Program-made: the position numbers and the translations under genes
Notes under the pieces: generated by a model
What the model was told of the DNA's origin: nothing
Database searches by the model: none
What the model saw: only the letters and a program-made list of their open reading frames with translations
Part shown: piece by piece, positions 48,201-62,210 of the stretch
Layout of the letters: every line of letters begins with the position of its first letter
Numbering within the stretch: the stretch's first letter is position 1
Assembly (NCBI RefSeq): GCF_002113885.1
Contig: NW_018407955.1
Location: 442,020 to 506,019, forward strand
DNA length: 64,000 nucleotides
Reading direction: 5' to 3'
DNA from: Mizuhopecten yessoensis
Lineage: Eukaryota

Positions 48201-51200
48201 ACCAAACGTGCTTGCAAATGACTGCCATATCTTTTACCTTACTGTGCTTTGTAAACTGGGACAGCTAAAGAAAAACACAACAATATCATAATTATCATTA
48301 ATAAAAAAAATAAGATTTAATCCCGTAGTGTGCTATATTGTTTCGCAATGTTCACCTTTTGATTTTTCTGCATACCTTATAGTTTTAATGATTAATATGT
48401 TGGTTGAATACAAATGCAATCTTAATTTCTGCTAGATTTGAGCTAACATATAGCTGTCTTGTGAATATCAGACTATAACAAGAGGAGCTATAATTCTAAA
48501 ATTATATTCCTTGCCAACAAATACGCAACAGTAAACAATGGTCTAACATAGATTGCGTAGATTTGAAGAATCAAACATTCTCTGTAAAAATTGTGAGTAT
48601 GTATTTGAAATTTTTTCCAGCATGGTTATATTTTTGATGAAGATGTACGAAAAATACTGCCGTATTTTCTAGTGTTTGACTGAATTGGATAAGAAATTGA
48701 TAAATCCTTATTTTCTACATACATGAATATCTGTTATAAGAATTCATGATTGTCTAAAGCTACCGTTCGTTGTATTGACTTCCTTATTGCAAAAATAAAC
48801 AAATGCAAATGTTATCTAATTTCTAGGTTCTCATATAAATGACTTTGAACCTTTTGAAAGATACTTTTTTTGCACATGAATGCAAATATTTGTTCCAAAA
48901 GCACCTGTTTTTTTTGTTAAGTCTCTCAAAAAAAGGTCCTTATGTTGAAATTATGACGTTCGTTTAACTTATTTAGTATTGTACTTCAAATGAAACTTAT
49001 TTAGGCTAAAATACCATATGCTACAATGTTATAGCATAATTATTATTTTTTTTATCTTAGGTTATTGTTATCTCTTTAATTCAACAATTTTATGGGGGGT
49101 TTTGCATACATTTTTTTTAAACCGCTGAGGATACAATACAATCATAAATCATTTGCTGCATATGATATACCCAGTACTACCGGTATACAAATTGCATGCT
49201 GGCGCGACATAACTCGTGTAGTAACATATGCGTACAGATTGGTGAAACGCTACGGTATCATATCATACCGCTAGAATGTTAAATGTTTGAGAATACTTTT
49301 ATTTATTAATAAAACTATTAATATGTGCTGCAGTTACCTTTGGTACCAGTCAACTTAACTATTAATAAGCGCTTTGTTTATTTTGGTACTTGTCAAATCA
49401 ACTAATTATATGTGTTGTAGGTAATTTTGGTTCTTGTTAAATGAACTGCTATTATGTGTAGGATGTGCTTTTGAATATTTCTAAATTAATTGTTGATTAT
49501 TGTTTTATAATACTTATTAGTTGAATTATTTATATTTGTTGTAGATTTGATGATGCTCTTATTGGGGGAGAAACCCTCTTCGTTGATATGTTCGCGGTTT
49601 GTGAAGAATTTAGGCAAACAAATCCAGTCGAGTTTAAAACCCTTTGTTCTGTTCCTTGTACATTTTCCAGAAATCATTTATCAAGGTAAGATCAAAATCT
49701 AAACAAATACTGCACACATATAAGTTTGCTTTAAGCAGAATATGTTTTTCGTGTTACATTTACCATTGCAGCAGACAACGTACACAGACATATCCAATAT
49801 TACACCTTTGACGTCGATACCACGTGATAGCTATGATGACGTCAAAATAGTGCTATGCGATATTTAACATGCAATTTGGTAACTAGTAAATATGTGTTTG
49901 GAAGCAAATGCATGAATGCTTAATAGCTAAGCAATCCGTTTCCTCTGGTGTTTATGTTATGGTGTCTCCAACATTAATCTTGTTGTGGGTTTTTTTTATC
50001 GAATTAGAGTCAGATATTTGCCTTGATGGTTGGTAACTGTTTGTTTTCAATACTTTATTAACTTGTTCAAAAAGAATCATTGTATTTTAGCAGACAAACA
50101 TTTTCAATGGGTTTTTGAAATATACTAAATGAAAAGTTAGTGAAAATCATTGTAAAGCAAAATGCCGGAAAAGGTCATAAAAGATTGTTTTTTTCAAACA
50201 GTATTTGAACAGTTAACTTTCATTTGGGTTAAATTAAAACAGAAAAAAACGATCTCAATACACAAATATTTAATCAGGCTCAAAGTAAATAAGGACACTT
50301 TTGAGCTCGTACAAGAAAGGACCAGAGGTGAAACGAAGTTCTTCATAAGGCAATGTCTGGTAATTGAAAACAATTCATTCATACTGTGTGATGTTTAATA
50401 AATAAAGGACGAATAAAGTCGACGAAGACTCCCTTTATTGTTTCCATCTCGTAGAGGAGTTTACTTCACATACCTCGAGAGAGGGTGAAAAACTTCAAAG
50501 AAAAACAGATAAAACACTCATAAAATTACTGAAAATTAACTAGGTCAAACAATGGTAATTATCTCAAACTGACATAAATGTTCCGAGCTGAACAATAGCC
50601 ATTTTACTAGTACAAATTAACCATATCACTTTATCTATAAGTTTAGGCTTCTTTTATATGAACAGTATGCCATCAAAATTACATACAGAGTAAAATTATA
50701 TTTGCTCCATACCACCGGATAATAAATTAGACAGGACCCTGTGCTAACCAGATCCTTCAAAACACAAGTCACATACCAGACGAAATTATGGTTAGTTGCA
50801 CGATATGATCATAACTTTTATTTATATTAATACAGTTGGTACCTGGTAATGAAGTACAAAATAAAAATATATTCTTTTTGACTACGTTATTGTGTCGAGC
50901 AAACAAGCAGACGACACCGATTGAAATTTGGCGGGACTCACCCAAGCCCAACAAAACCATCGGATTTACCAAACGTACAGAATAAACATATGCATATAAC
51001 ATAAAAACTAGCATCAAAGATACATTATGCAATAAATCATACAGTTTTTATAAACACTTACGCCTTAGGGAGGCCCGCATTTAGCCAACACAATAGCAGC
51101 GTGACTGTGACGCTTCCACATAGTAGACATAGGAACTTTGTAAACAAAACTATTTGCGGAATTCCGGACTTAAAGTCCGGACCAAGACCATCACATACTG

Positions 51201-53969
51201 TTTTATAACACACCTTTACAATAATGATTGGTTACTTTCGTTGTTGATATATGTAGGTATACCTGATAATTGTTTTCGTATTATTTCATTTTTCATTTTC
51301 TGTTTCTAGAGAAAACCCCATTCATTTGTTGATACGACGACCAGTCATTAACTTGAACAATGAGAAAGAGGTATTGTCCAGTTATAAACAACTCCTAATA
51401 AATAATAAAAAAACCAAAAACAAGTTGAAACAACACAACAATTGAGACCGATTTGCCATGTAATATCAAGCATAAATTCTATTAAATATACATTTATTTA
51501 TATTCAATATTTTGCCGCTTGAGTTTGCTTATGACGTCATATTATAAATGTAACCTTTAACAGTCTTCTTTAAAACAAGTATATTATATCTGTTTTGAAG
51601 TGAATCTTTATGCATCTACGTTCTTTTATTTCCTGTAGATAATCGGAGTGTTCTGGAACCCTGGCGTAGTTGGCGTATCGGAGATACCAGAGGTAAACAT
51701 TTTGTTTTATGCATCTAACTTTCAAATATACAGATAACTGGGCTGTCAAATGCGTGACCAAAGTTTGCAGTTGTTGTGTGGCTTTTGTGACCAAATAAAT
51801 TGGCAACTATGAATAAAAATGTTTGAATCAATGCATGAAGAAAATACCATTGCCATTTGTGATTTTAGACCCCGACTTAACCCCTCAAATCCCCAAATTA
51901 AAGCTGACATTAATTTCATATCATATCATGACGGCATAACTCCAATGAATGTATATGCAAAATTTGAAAAAAAATGGATATAGCCACCAGAAAGCCCAAA
52001 TCGGCACCCTTCATTTATGTTTTTTAATAGTTTTTGATATGCTTTTATCTTGAGTCAATAAATAACCATGTTTATTCTTGCATTAATGTCCCTTCAGGTA
52101 GGGCGCAAGAAATGTAGCCCCCATTGCATGATCGTAAGAGGCGACTATATTTGGGATCTTATCTTTTCTCTTCTTTCTTAACATTTTTCTTCTACCTAAT
52201 GTCTCCCTTGATGAGCGTTCGCCCCATGTAAGGAAGGCTTTTAGTTATGTAGTTTGACGCACATACACTAAACTGTCCACGATTTGGTCATGGTACTATT
52301 ATTAAGCATGACGCTCAGTTTGGTAAGGGAGAAAAGATTATTGATTATTTGTTTATTATTTTTATCTTCAATATTTTTCATGATATACAAAATATATGGG
52401 TGACGATTCTTATCTTAACAGGATCACGTGACCGAGTACTACAGGGCGTACCAGTTGTTTGCAAGATCAATATCTAACTTCCACACAAAAGTGAGTGTAA
52501 ACCTATTACCGCAAGGAGGAGGAATATAACAGTACTGTATACAGGAAAATTTTCACCGCAGTTTAACTTTTGCCTATTTTGACCTCCCCAATGAGTCGAT
52601 TTTGTCATGACAGCGACTTTTAGCATGCAACATGCAATATATATAGTAATTACACCTGGCGGGCGAAATTGACACTGGGCGAACATCGATTTTATCGTAA
52701 ATGGGCGAATAGTTTTTTGGGCGAAATTTTCCCGGATACAGTATTACTTAATTACTTGTTAAAGTGATTGTTAGGTTTTGGAAAGTGGTCGCCATTTTTT
52801 TTATAAATTCACTGAATGTTACTGATATAAGATATACATCTTGTAAATTAAGATTTAGATTACCAAACAAATTACATAAGACATTTTCATACTGATCTTG
52901 GTTCTGACCTCAGGTTCTTTACATGCTTCTTCTGTCAGTTAAATATGATGCCGTATCAGTTATTTAGTTACTTTTCTAACATAAAATATGTTTCTTCAAA
53001 TGCTCTAAAGACAATTATTTCTTAACAATTTTCAGAATGAAATTCGCCTTCAGCCTGGAGATATCGTAACGTTCAACAACAGAAGGATGGCACACAGTCG
53101 TAATTCATTTACTGATGGAAGTGGTGAACGGCATTTTCAGGTTAACCTGCATTTTCATAAAAACCTACAAAACTAATTTCAAGTAATATTAACAGGCAAA
53201 ATCATAACAAGAGAACGTTTATAGTTAAGCGTAATTTTCTTCCTCTATGACGTTACACGTTAAATATAGCGTGATAGAAATATTATCAAAGTCGCTATTC
53301 ACTACTGTGCTTCATTTGCAAGGTGGCGATAGTTCCCACTGAATTCAGAGGAAAATGATCGGTCTATTTTTGACGATGGTGGTAAAAGTATACAGTTTTT
53401 TTACAATTTAGTATATTTACAATTCTATGGAACTGCCATGAATTAACCCTACAAATTGAGAACAACATTCATATCAGCTATGAAATAATCTCCATATTTA
53501 AGGATTGTACTGGATGCGTATGTTGCCACTTGGCTTTTTTTGAAGGTAGTGGTTCCATTTAATAAACAAGTATTCAAGATACATACACTTATTTGAAATA
53601 ACTGCTAAAGTTAACAAATTTATCTAATTAAATATTTAAATAAAAATGGTATTGAACAGCTTCCAGATGGCAGTCATAGTCAATATGAATGGACAGGACA
53701 AACTGAACTTGAAACGTTAGCATGCTTCGTGGAATTTGTCATATCCAGTAGGCTTGGAAATTGACTATTAATCCAACTTAAAATAGTTAATTGCTTAATT
53801 GACTCTATGTTAATAAGATGGTTTAAAGAATGTTTTGATTAAGTTCTCTGTCATGTTTCAGGGCTGCTACGTAAACATCTGTGAATATAAAAGCCGTCTT
53901 GTCAGTCTGACAAGGAAGTATGGCGATGTATCAACCATCAAACGTGTCGGTAACATGGATTGGATGTAG
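36297..53969 (+). CDS. BBOX1: Gamma-butyrobetaine dioxygenase-like protein (TauD-family Fe(II)/2-oxoglutarate dioxygenase)
   Basis: Confident exons: 36940-37031, 39810-39937, 42707-42843, 43343-43401, 45398-45473, 46120-46167, 48050-48174, 49545-49685, 51310-51370, 51639-51692, 52422-52490, 53036-53140, 53862-53969 (400 aa plus stop, all GT-AG and in phase). Tentative 5' exons: 36297-36440 and 36712-36831. Motifs: WLRHHCPCREC and WDDNH (Zn site), NLAYT, HMD, PGIQFLHC, GGETLFVD, NNRRMAHSR, RHFQGCY. Family assignment is firm; strict orthology to BBOX1 is not proven. Confidence 0.88.
38280..39110. repeat. 26-bp minisatellite (gtatacaatgatacatatacataaaa)
   Basis: Near-perfect units at 38640-39030 with degenerate flanks; a related degenerate tract lies at 37290-37530. 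Confidence 0.95.
39912..42071 (+). repeat. 55-bp (some 58-bp) satellite whose unit spans the BBOX-like exon end and splice donor
   Basis: Unit caaagtaacggacgtcacagtaacag|gtaatatacaacagtataacataaaataa; caggtaa recurs at 39935, 39990 and onward. Confidence 0.95.
43501..44086. repeat. Long inverted repeat (foldback): arms about 205 bp, spacer about 177 bp
   Basis: 43501-43705 is the near-perfect reverse complement of 43883-44086. Confidence 0.92.
45221..45340. repeat. 30-bp tandem repeat x4
   Basis: tatatctaatgagtcatgtgtgaggaaacc and three near-identical copies. Confidence 0.95.
46422..46538. repeat. 48-bp tandem repeat, about 2.4 copies
   Basis: acgacatattggt.agattaacttcttaaacctgacgccctgtggaac. 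Confidence 0.85.
46810..47188 (+). mobile_element. SINE remnant (Nin/Deu-like central part, simple-repeat tail)
   Basis: tgcatgagtgtaagcggtgactaa motif and 3' end atatgaccctggctgttg...gacgttaaacccc(aaacaaacc)n. Confidence 0.55.
52095..52330 (+). mobile_element. Nin/Deu-domain SINE fragment
   Basis: ttgcatgatcgtaagaggcgacta core motif. Confidence 0.55.
52535..52741. mobile_element. TA-flanked MITE (207 bp)
   Basis: ta|ctgtatacaggaaaattttcacc ... ggcgaaattttcccggatacag|ta. Confidence 0.8.
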
Positions 53970-54753
53970 AATGGGTGCTGAATGGACGACACATAGGAGG
54001 AATAATACCCCAGTTCTTAATATACATCTCTAAAATGGTATTCTTCTTTGGTAATGTAAGCTAATGCATTAGTGACCTTTACTTTAAGTACGACAAACTG
54101 TAGTCAAACGGAAATATTAATAATTCGATATAAATATTTTTTAAGAATACTTTCAAGCTTCTGGCTTATCATGGTTATAACATTTAAAAACCGATACATG
54201 TAAAACATTCATTTACGTATCGCAAAACTTAGATAACACAACAGGCAAAATGTTCATTTAAACCTCGACACAAATTTCAAATCTATCAGGAAAGTGTTTT
54301 ACTATGTATTAATAGATTTACAAAGCACTTCAACTCATTTAATACATTATGTGTCTTTGTCCATAAAAGTTATAAACAAACTACGTGAATTGCAGTTATG
54401 ATAGTGAAATAAATGCTGTTTTGATTGTGGACCCAACCATACTCTAAACAGAAATTGCTACTTAAAAGTTTATCAAACATGTAACCTTTAGACCACATAT
54501 CACAAAGCTACGAAAATATCAAACAAATAGCACAGACTAAAGTCTGACCACAATGACCTGCCTTGTGTTTGACGTTCGATTGTCATATGATGTATTCATT
54601 AAGGCGAACAGGTAGATTAAGTGATCAGCCAAGTCACAGGTAAAGCAATCAAGGTAATGACCCTCGGCTTGTTTAACGTACTCGACACACCCTAACAACT
54701 TAAGTAGTTTAAAGCATGAAGTTAAATAAGCGATATAGCAACGTTTGACTTAC

Positions 54754-57700
54754 ATATGAAGGCGACCCATGATTGCAAAACGGCACACAAAATACTTTAT
54801 GGTTATTACTGGCCATCTGATGCACGAGCAGTTGGGAATCCTTCCGACTCTGTGTTTGCAGAATGTTAAATAATTTTGTAGATAATAAATGTGATGGATT
54901 TGCACAAAAATAAGATTTAATCAGAATGAAAAACACCTTTTAAGGAATGCAAAAAGTCAGATATACAATGAAATACTTTATTTTCGCATTCTTTGGCTGA
55001 CTTTGTGGTTGTGACGATGTAATTTAGATATTAAAAGTACTTTCGATTGAACTAATAGTCGGTAAAGATTTATACTCACGAAGGAATTTTCTTGAATAAA
55101 TATACATTCCTCGAAAATATAATGATTCGAAATATTGTTAAAAATATATAAACACAAGGTATAATGTATCTACTTTTGCGATCATTAAAACAAATTAATA
55201 CAATAAATTCCTTCGCAAAAAAAATGTGATATATTTATTATCATAATTATTTGTCCAGTTATATACAATTGTGAGGTTTTTTTTCAAAATGCTATCAATT
55301 TTATAAAATTTCAGAGGTCAAAAATATCAATTTTGTTTATCGTTCTGGGATAAATGAAATCTTTACCACTGAATAATTATTTTTTTCTTATATTATAAAA
55401 GAATTTCATATTGTATGCATTAGCTTAGTCTTGAAAATATGTTACAAACGTACATACCTGAAACAATTCTGAAGGATCGAATGTGTCGGAGATATTTCCA
55501 TCGGATATCAGTATTACCCGTGTTGATATGCGAAGACCATGTTTTTTTTTCTTAAATGTGATTTTTCATAAACATATGTATGTATAAAGGTATAAATGGA
55601 AGCTCAATTATTGATTTATGTTTGAGATCGAACAAAATTTTCCGAAAACATGCATGTAAATTTTCTGTAAATGTTTTCTTATATTATTTTTATAATCACT
55701 TTTACTTATTGAGTTACTGTTCGAATCTTACTATTTCAAAAAGTGTGTAGCAAATGTATATAGATAATAATTAATGGTTTTCCCCATGAATACAATATTA
55801 TATTTTTCACGAGTATCGATATTTTTCACGAATCTGTATATCATATATTTATACTTGACGCAAAAACATCGTATATAATTTTATCACACTAATACATTTT
55901 GATATTTCACGAGTAAGAACGTAATAAAAAGAAATATTAGATGACACACATTCTCCCTACATGTTCATTGGCTGGAGCATAATCACGTGGAGTTCGGTGA
56001 TTTGTGATATTAACTCGGTCTTAATTTTTGTAACAAACAGCAGGTCAATATGTATCTTATTTTAAATATATACTTTCATCATTCAACTGCAATAAATAGC
56101 TAAGATAATTTACGTTACATGGTAAAAGCTCGTGGTACAGTGAATACTCCCTGTTAACCTGTAATGCAGCGCTTCACACATGCGTTGTCCTTGGCATGAA
56201 TATGTAGGAACATCCGGGCTCACATCCTCAATTTGATCTGTTTATGGAAAATAAAGAAGTCATTTGAACACATAATATGAATTGTTTAACAATCAACTTT
56301 ATGACTGGGTTTTTTTCATATGTTTTTCGGAACTTATGTTTGTTGTTTACAATACAAACTACATTAAATATACAAAATGCAGAACACGTTTTTGAAAGTT
56401 TAAAATATGGCACAAAACATTTTTTAACATATTTTCGCTCTGCTGTGTTTCTCGGAGTATTACCAAAATCACCTTTAAAGTAAGTTCTTTATGAAAATCT
56501 ATTGTCTGAAACATGAATTATAACGGTAACGTGTGTGTCTCTACAAAATAGAAAAGTGTTTTCTGATCACATGTTACTTTACATTTCTGACGTCAGATTT
56601 AAGATTTCAGAGAAATTTCATCATAATACAGATCGTAACTCTATGTTCTCTGTGTCTAAAGCTACATTCACTGTGCCCAAAACCTTAAGCCTATGTGTAT
56701 AAAATTTATATTAACTATATCTTAGTCAATACTCACTCTATATTCACGGTGTCTAAAGCTATAATCACTATGTTCAAATATATATTTTCTATGTCAAAAG
56801 CTATGTTCACTTTGTATGAAGCGATATTCACTGAGTAAAAGACTTTAAACACCGTGCCTGAGGCTGTATTCACTGTGATTTAGATCATTGAAGATCTATA
56901 TAATTTTTAGATAAGACATAAGAAATCTTGCATTTTTTACTTTTAGGTTTTTTTTTCTGATGTATTGTTCTTTGTTGTTTCGGTGTCTGCGCGCTTACTG
57001 GTTTTGCATATGCGTATATCCCCTTAACTTTATGTGATAAAGTTGATTTAGACAACAAATATATCTACCATATTATTATTTTTGTAAATTTATCTCTGTG
57101 TACATAGTACGTCACGTGATGTAAATGTAATTCATATGCTGTATTCGTGGAGAAGAGCTTGTAAGTTGTTAGAACTTGTCTCTATCATCCATCTGTTTCA
57201 ACAATAAAATATGTTTAAATCAATATGCGTAACAATTTCTGTTTTGCATTGTGTAACAGTATGTTAACATCATGGTATTGCTTTTATACATATGACAAGA
57301 ATGATCTGAAAAGAAGTTTAAAAGCTCCCATTTTATATACCGATACCTAAGCAAGTCTCCCAGTAGTCTTGTTTGTTCGTGAGGTGTTGCCATATAGTTG
57401 TCACGCATCCAAATGTTACTATGGCGATGCTTTCTTATAAGAATCCCGGAATACTTTCTTTGCCTATACCTGAAAAGTAGTGTATAACTATTCCAATTAA
57501 AACTTCCTCAAATATTCAATATATTTTAACACATTGTGCGAATCAGCAATATTTAAACAGATCCAACATACGTTAACTAGATACCTTGAATAATTTGTCT
57601 TGTTAATTTCATCATGTTTGAGAAATTTCCATCTCGTTTCAATTTACAAGAAACGTCCAGAATTAGCACTGTGTCTGGTCCAACACCTCGAGCCAGGTCC

Positions 57701-58078
57701 AATGCAGCACCTGTAAAAGTAAAATATACATACAAACAATACAAAATGTCGGACGCTTCAAAGTAAAGTTAAACATGGCTTGAATGGATAATGACTGGTA
57801 TTCAGGTCAACACAATTGAATTCAGTAATGTATCAAGACTGGGAACCAATAGGGTCAATCTCTTGTGTTATGTTACGGTTTTCATTTCTTTTTCTCCCTT
57901 TCTCACGGCAATACGCTGTAACAGACGATGACAGTTATTGAAATGATAGCATCTCTTAATTTCAATCTACTTGATTTATCTCATTATTTACCAGTTTCGA
58001 TTTCTTCTCTGTATTCCTCATTCATTTACTTGTCCTGCCTCCACTCTTGGTACCTAACACCCAAAGCAATATGGTGAT
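54754..58078 (-). pseudogene. von Willebrand factor A domain gene, multi-exon, with premature stops
   Basis: Phase-compatible exons 57992-58078 (contains TAA), 57585-57710 (GPDTVLILDVSCK), 57347-57469 (FL*ESIAIVTFG...QHLTN), 56119-56237, 55458-55550 (RVILISDG) and 54754-54849 (HKVFCVPF). Confidence 0.75.
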
Positions 58079-60192
58079 CTATTGGATGAAGAATACAGTA
58101 TACGTAAATTATATAGGTTACTGTATATACGAAAACCAACAGTGCAGTAAGACAGGGATCCTTGATTTGAAAAAAGACTTTCAACACTTAAGGAAAACAA
58201 AACCACATAAGTGTAAAAACCCTTTTTATACTTAAATGAAAAATAGACTTATTACATAAACAGAACAACCTTTTTGCACTAAGTGAAAATATGACTTTTA
58301 ACATTTAGAAAATAAAAAATGATGTACTTAAGTGCACAATCAATTTTTTGAATACATAAATGAAAAGAGACTTACACTTTGTTTGTGCTTTAAATTATAA
58401 AAAAAGGCCTTTTTCATACTTAAGTGAAAACCCTGAAGTAAAAAATGTATGCGTGGAAGTGCAAATATGACCTTTAAATAACACTTAAGTGGGAAAAAAC
58501 TAACTAGCATATTAAACTCGACCTTATAAAGACTGATTTGCTCTCTGTTCAGACTGTTCGGCATTGGAATGAATTTTAGGGACGGCATTGCATTTGCTGG
58601 TTCGTCAAGTTTATTTACAACTTACAATTTTATACATGTAACAGTCGAACTGCGCTTTTTCCGGAGTACTTAAATCCTGGCTGGCCTTCTCTGTCCCGCA
58701 CATCATAATACGTGTCTCGTCGTCTAAAGCTTCGTTATCGCAGTTTTTTCGTCCACAAAAAGAGCAACACAAGTTGCCATAATGGTAGTAACCAATTGTT
58801 GCTAATACCCCGGTAAAGTGACATCATTTATCTTCGTATGACGCAAGATTCAGACTAACTCCGTCAGCGTGGTCCTCGTGAGATTGTGTAGTTTACCAAT
58901 AAATACGCTGACATCCATCACATATATATCGTGGACCATGGACGCACCAAGTTTGCCTTTTGACGTCTGTTAAGATTTCCTGGGTGACAATTCCCATGAT
59001 AATCGTAGTAACATAGGCAAAAAAGCCTAAGGTATCACCTTAACCTCTGCCGCCATATTGGAATTAGAAATTACATCCGGGGAATGCGCAATGTACCATT
59101 TGACGAGAGGGACATGAAGAAATCTTAAATAATTTTTAAGATTTAAAAAAAAAAAGCATTAGAACATGATTTTTAAGGTATATTACGTAAACAGATTACT
59201 ACATACAGACAAATTTGCACTAAAATGAGAAGGTTTTTGCCATTATATTATTTTTGCTGAAACGGCCGCTCTTAGTAATTTTCATTCATTCTGTTTGGCG
59301 ATCAACCTGATCATGTCCAAGCCAAAATCATATGAACCGCCAATAAACACATATTACAACCTGTTTCGGCTCCTTCGGTTGTCAAAATTTCATTTATTGA
59401 TAATTTATGGGTTTTTTTACAAAATCATTTCAAACTTACATTCGAGCTGTTGATCGTCATTGTGTGGTCCATGTTCTGTTGTCTCCCCTCAGGTTCCTTC
59501 TTTTCATCTGCCTTTTGGGAAGGTTTTTTAAGCTTTTGTCTTCCAATTAAACAGAATCACAGCGCATATCGATGTTACATACATACATGCAAACATACAC
59601 ACATACATCTTGCGACAGAGCGCAGGGGTTCGTTACAAATGTCTAAAATAATATACATATGCCTTGTGTATGTTTACGTGTGCTGTAACTCATATCAGTA
59701 GACATTTGTAACGAACCCTTGTGGATCAGTGCAGTAACATAAGACATTTCTGATAAATTGCATGAGTGTTAAAATTGTTTCCCTTGGTTATTTTAACCGA
59801 TGTGCATTTTGTACAATATTGCAGACCTTGGTGGGGTTTTTTCATTTTGTATTTTTTTTGATATTTTTTGTTTTTACACATTAACAATTACATTTTCAAG
59901 TCTCACAATGCCCAACGATATTTCAGCAGCTGTCATGTTTATTAACATTGGATATTTTAGTTCCGATCGGTGTTGTATTAATACGCTAAGAATAATGTTT
60001 CGTGGTGCATGGTATTTAAAGTCCAATCAACGACACATCTTTCAAATAGACTATATACAGCTGACAATGCCATGCTTGTTAATTCTTGCCACGTGTAAGT
60101 AATGAGTACATCACGATGTTTAATCCCGATGTTTAATCACGCGGTTTAAATGCCTAAAGAATGATGAATCATCGATATCATACGGCGCTCAC

Positions 60193-60976
60193 CTTTGTGT
60201 GATGATGACATGCTAGTCATGTCTTCGTTCAGTGAAGAACATATTGCAAGTTTATCCTCGCTACTTCGGACATTGTTCCCCATCGCATCGTTTAACTCAA
60301 TGAGCATTTGTATAAGATGACTTGACTCCAGACGCTGAACTAAGGTGGTTGATTATCTGTTGAAGATACATTCTGTTTTCTTCCGTTTGTTTGGTTCGGA
60401 TTTCATGTTGAAACTCTCTATCAATCACACAGTGTTCTAGTGAAAACTGGAAGTGATGTTGCTCACTGCTCACATCTATTGGAGCGCTCTTTAAATCTGC
60501 AACTTCCTTTTTATTCCGTCTTGGAAAGCAGAAATACAAAGCAGGGCGATGTTACATAATGTTTCGGCAACTTTTTTCCATTTTGTGTCAAAATCAGCCT
60601 TTGTGATACAGGCATCATGGGAATGACACAGATAATTTATGTGTATATCTCTGATATAATTCTTATGCCCATCTGATAAATTGCGAACGTTGAAAAGCAG
60701 GGCTGATAATAATGTGATATCAAATTCCCTAACGTCAGCTTCAGCTCCCGAAGGAAATAGTTTTTTCCTGTCATCTTGAGAAACATACTTGGCTGCTTTT
60801 AACTTCCTTACAATCTGTCGATCCCGTAGTAATGCGCCGACGTCTCCAACAACATGGACAAACAACTAGCATAGCCTGTGTGTCCACACAGACGGAAGAA
60901 GCTTAGCTATTCGACAGTAGAATCCCGGTTCCACGTTAGGCTGTAGATGTGGTCGGGTACTGCTTTCGGAAGCCAT
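60193..60976 (-). pseudogene. DZIP3-like HEPN domain exon, disrupted
   Basis: KKLFP...EFDITLLSALLFN...YIRDIHINYLCHS...ITKADFDTKWKKVAETL...LKSAPID; in-frame stop near 60866, frameshifts, donor AAG|gtgagc at 60193. Confidence 0.7.
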
Positions 60977-62054
60977 ACTTGAATCTATAACCTACATGTC
61001 TACTTTGCTATAACACAACTAACTCCAATGACGCCTGTAGTATGAACATCCGGGTACAATTTGTATTACCTCAATAACGCTTTAAGTTTTGTTATACCTG
61101 ATAACAGAACACGCACACATTGTTTACATATTAACTTGTTTCACCAAACAGCTAGAGACGACCTTTTCCTTGTGTCACAAACGTCACCTCATATGTTAAA
61201 ACAATAGCTGTATTAAGATATGCACACAATACACAATACATGTTTCGTATTGACTATAATGCTACGCACCGATAGCTGTGTCACCTTTATTAATTAAAAG
61301 GTTAAAGGAATTCTCCGTGTATTGAGATATCTAGAACTGATCATTTGATACTATGAAATTCCTTTTTGAATTAAATTCTCAGTAAAGAAATGAGTACCTA
61401 TTAATTCGCTAAAAAAGAACCACGAACTAAGCCACCTTGTAAGAAGGAGTGCGTAGGTAGAGATGGGGGACGTGGGGATGTCGTCATACACGAGTATTTA
61501 TACTTTTGGTTGAAGGTTCAATAAGCCTGGTAATTTTCTAGTCATTTTATATCATAATCAGGTATAAAAATTATAGCATATCATATAGGGAGATTTGTTG
61601 GAATGTGTATTTTCTTATAGTGGTACTTTAACACTGCTGTTGTTAATGTGTAGCCTATCTTAAAATCCCCCTTACGATGACGTCACACATTTACAACAAT
61701 GGTAAAACTCGTGATTTTTACCTTTTCTTTTTCCTGTTTTTATAATAGCAAAATGTTTTATTGAGCGCGTTATGTTTGAGTAACTAATAAATTCCATTAT
61801 ATATGAAATTCATGAAACTCGCTTAAGCTCGAAAACTCACAGGTAAAGGGGTCTCGTTAGACCTCCTCCACTATAGGTGGTGTGATACTTATCAAAGAAG
61901 TATCGTCATGCATAATTATGTTTTAATGCAAATCAAAAGCAAACACCATGCAATTAATGAACAGTGAACATATAAGTATCGACTATGTTATCACAAAAGA
62001 CAATCAAAGATAGCGAAATCGTCTTTCACCAAGACGGTTGGCGTTTGTCTCCTA

Positions 62055-62210
62055 TCGGACGTGAAAAGCATAAAGTCACCTATCCCACCACGCCACTTGA
62101 GTTTTCTCAGGATAGTCTGGTTTCCTCCAACATGAAGACCCCCAGAACGCTTCCACCTGGCCAAATGATATTAATATAAGTAAAAACTTATTTCACAATT
62201 GTATAAAAGA
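62055..62210 (+). mobile_element. SINE fragment (MESC/V-domain-like)
   Basis: gttttctcaggatagtctggtttcctccaaca resembles the GGTTTTCTCCGGGTACTCCGGTTTCCTCC SINE core. Confidence 0.5.

Noticed and set aside
54537-54691. Possible terminal exon of the vWA pseudogene
   Set aside because: Weak acceptor, early stop in the expected frame and no recognisable motif
57585-57710. GAALDLARGVGPDTVLILD initially resembled the C-terminus of cysteine synthase
   Set aside because: Neighbouring exons (IAIVTFG, RVILISDG, VFCVP) fit a vWA fold and no PLP-enzyme motifs were found
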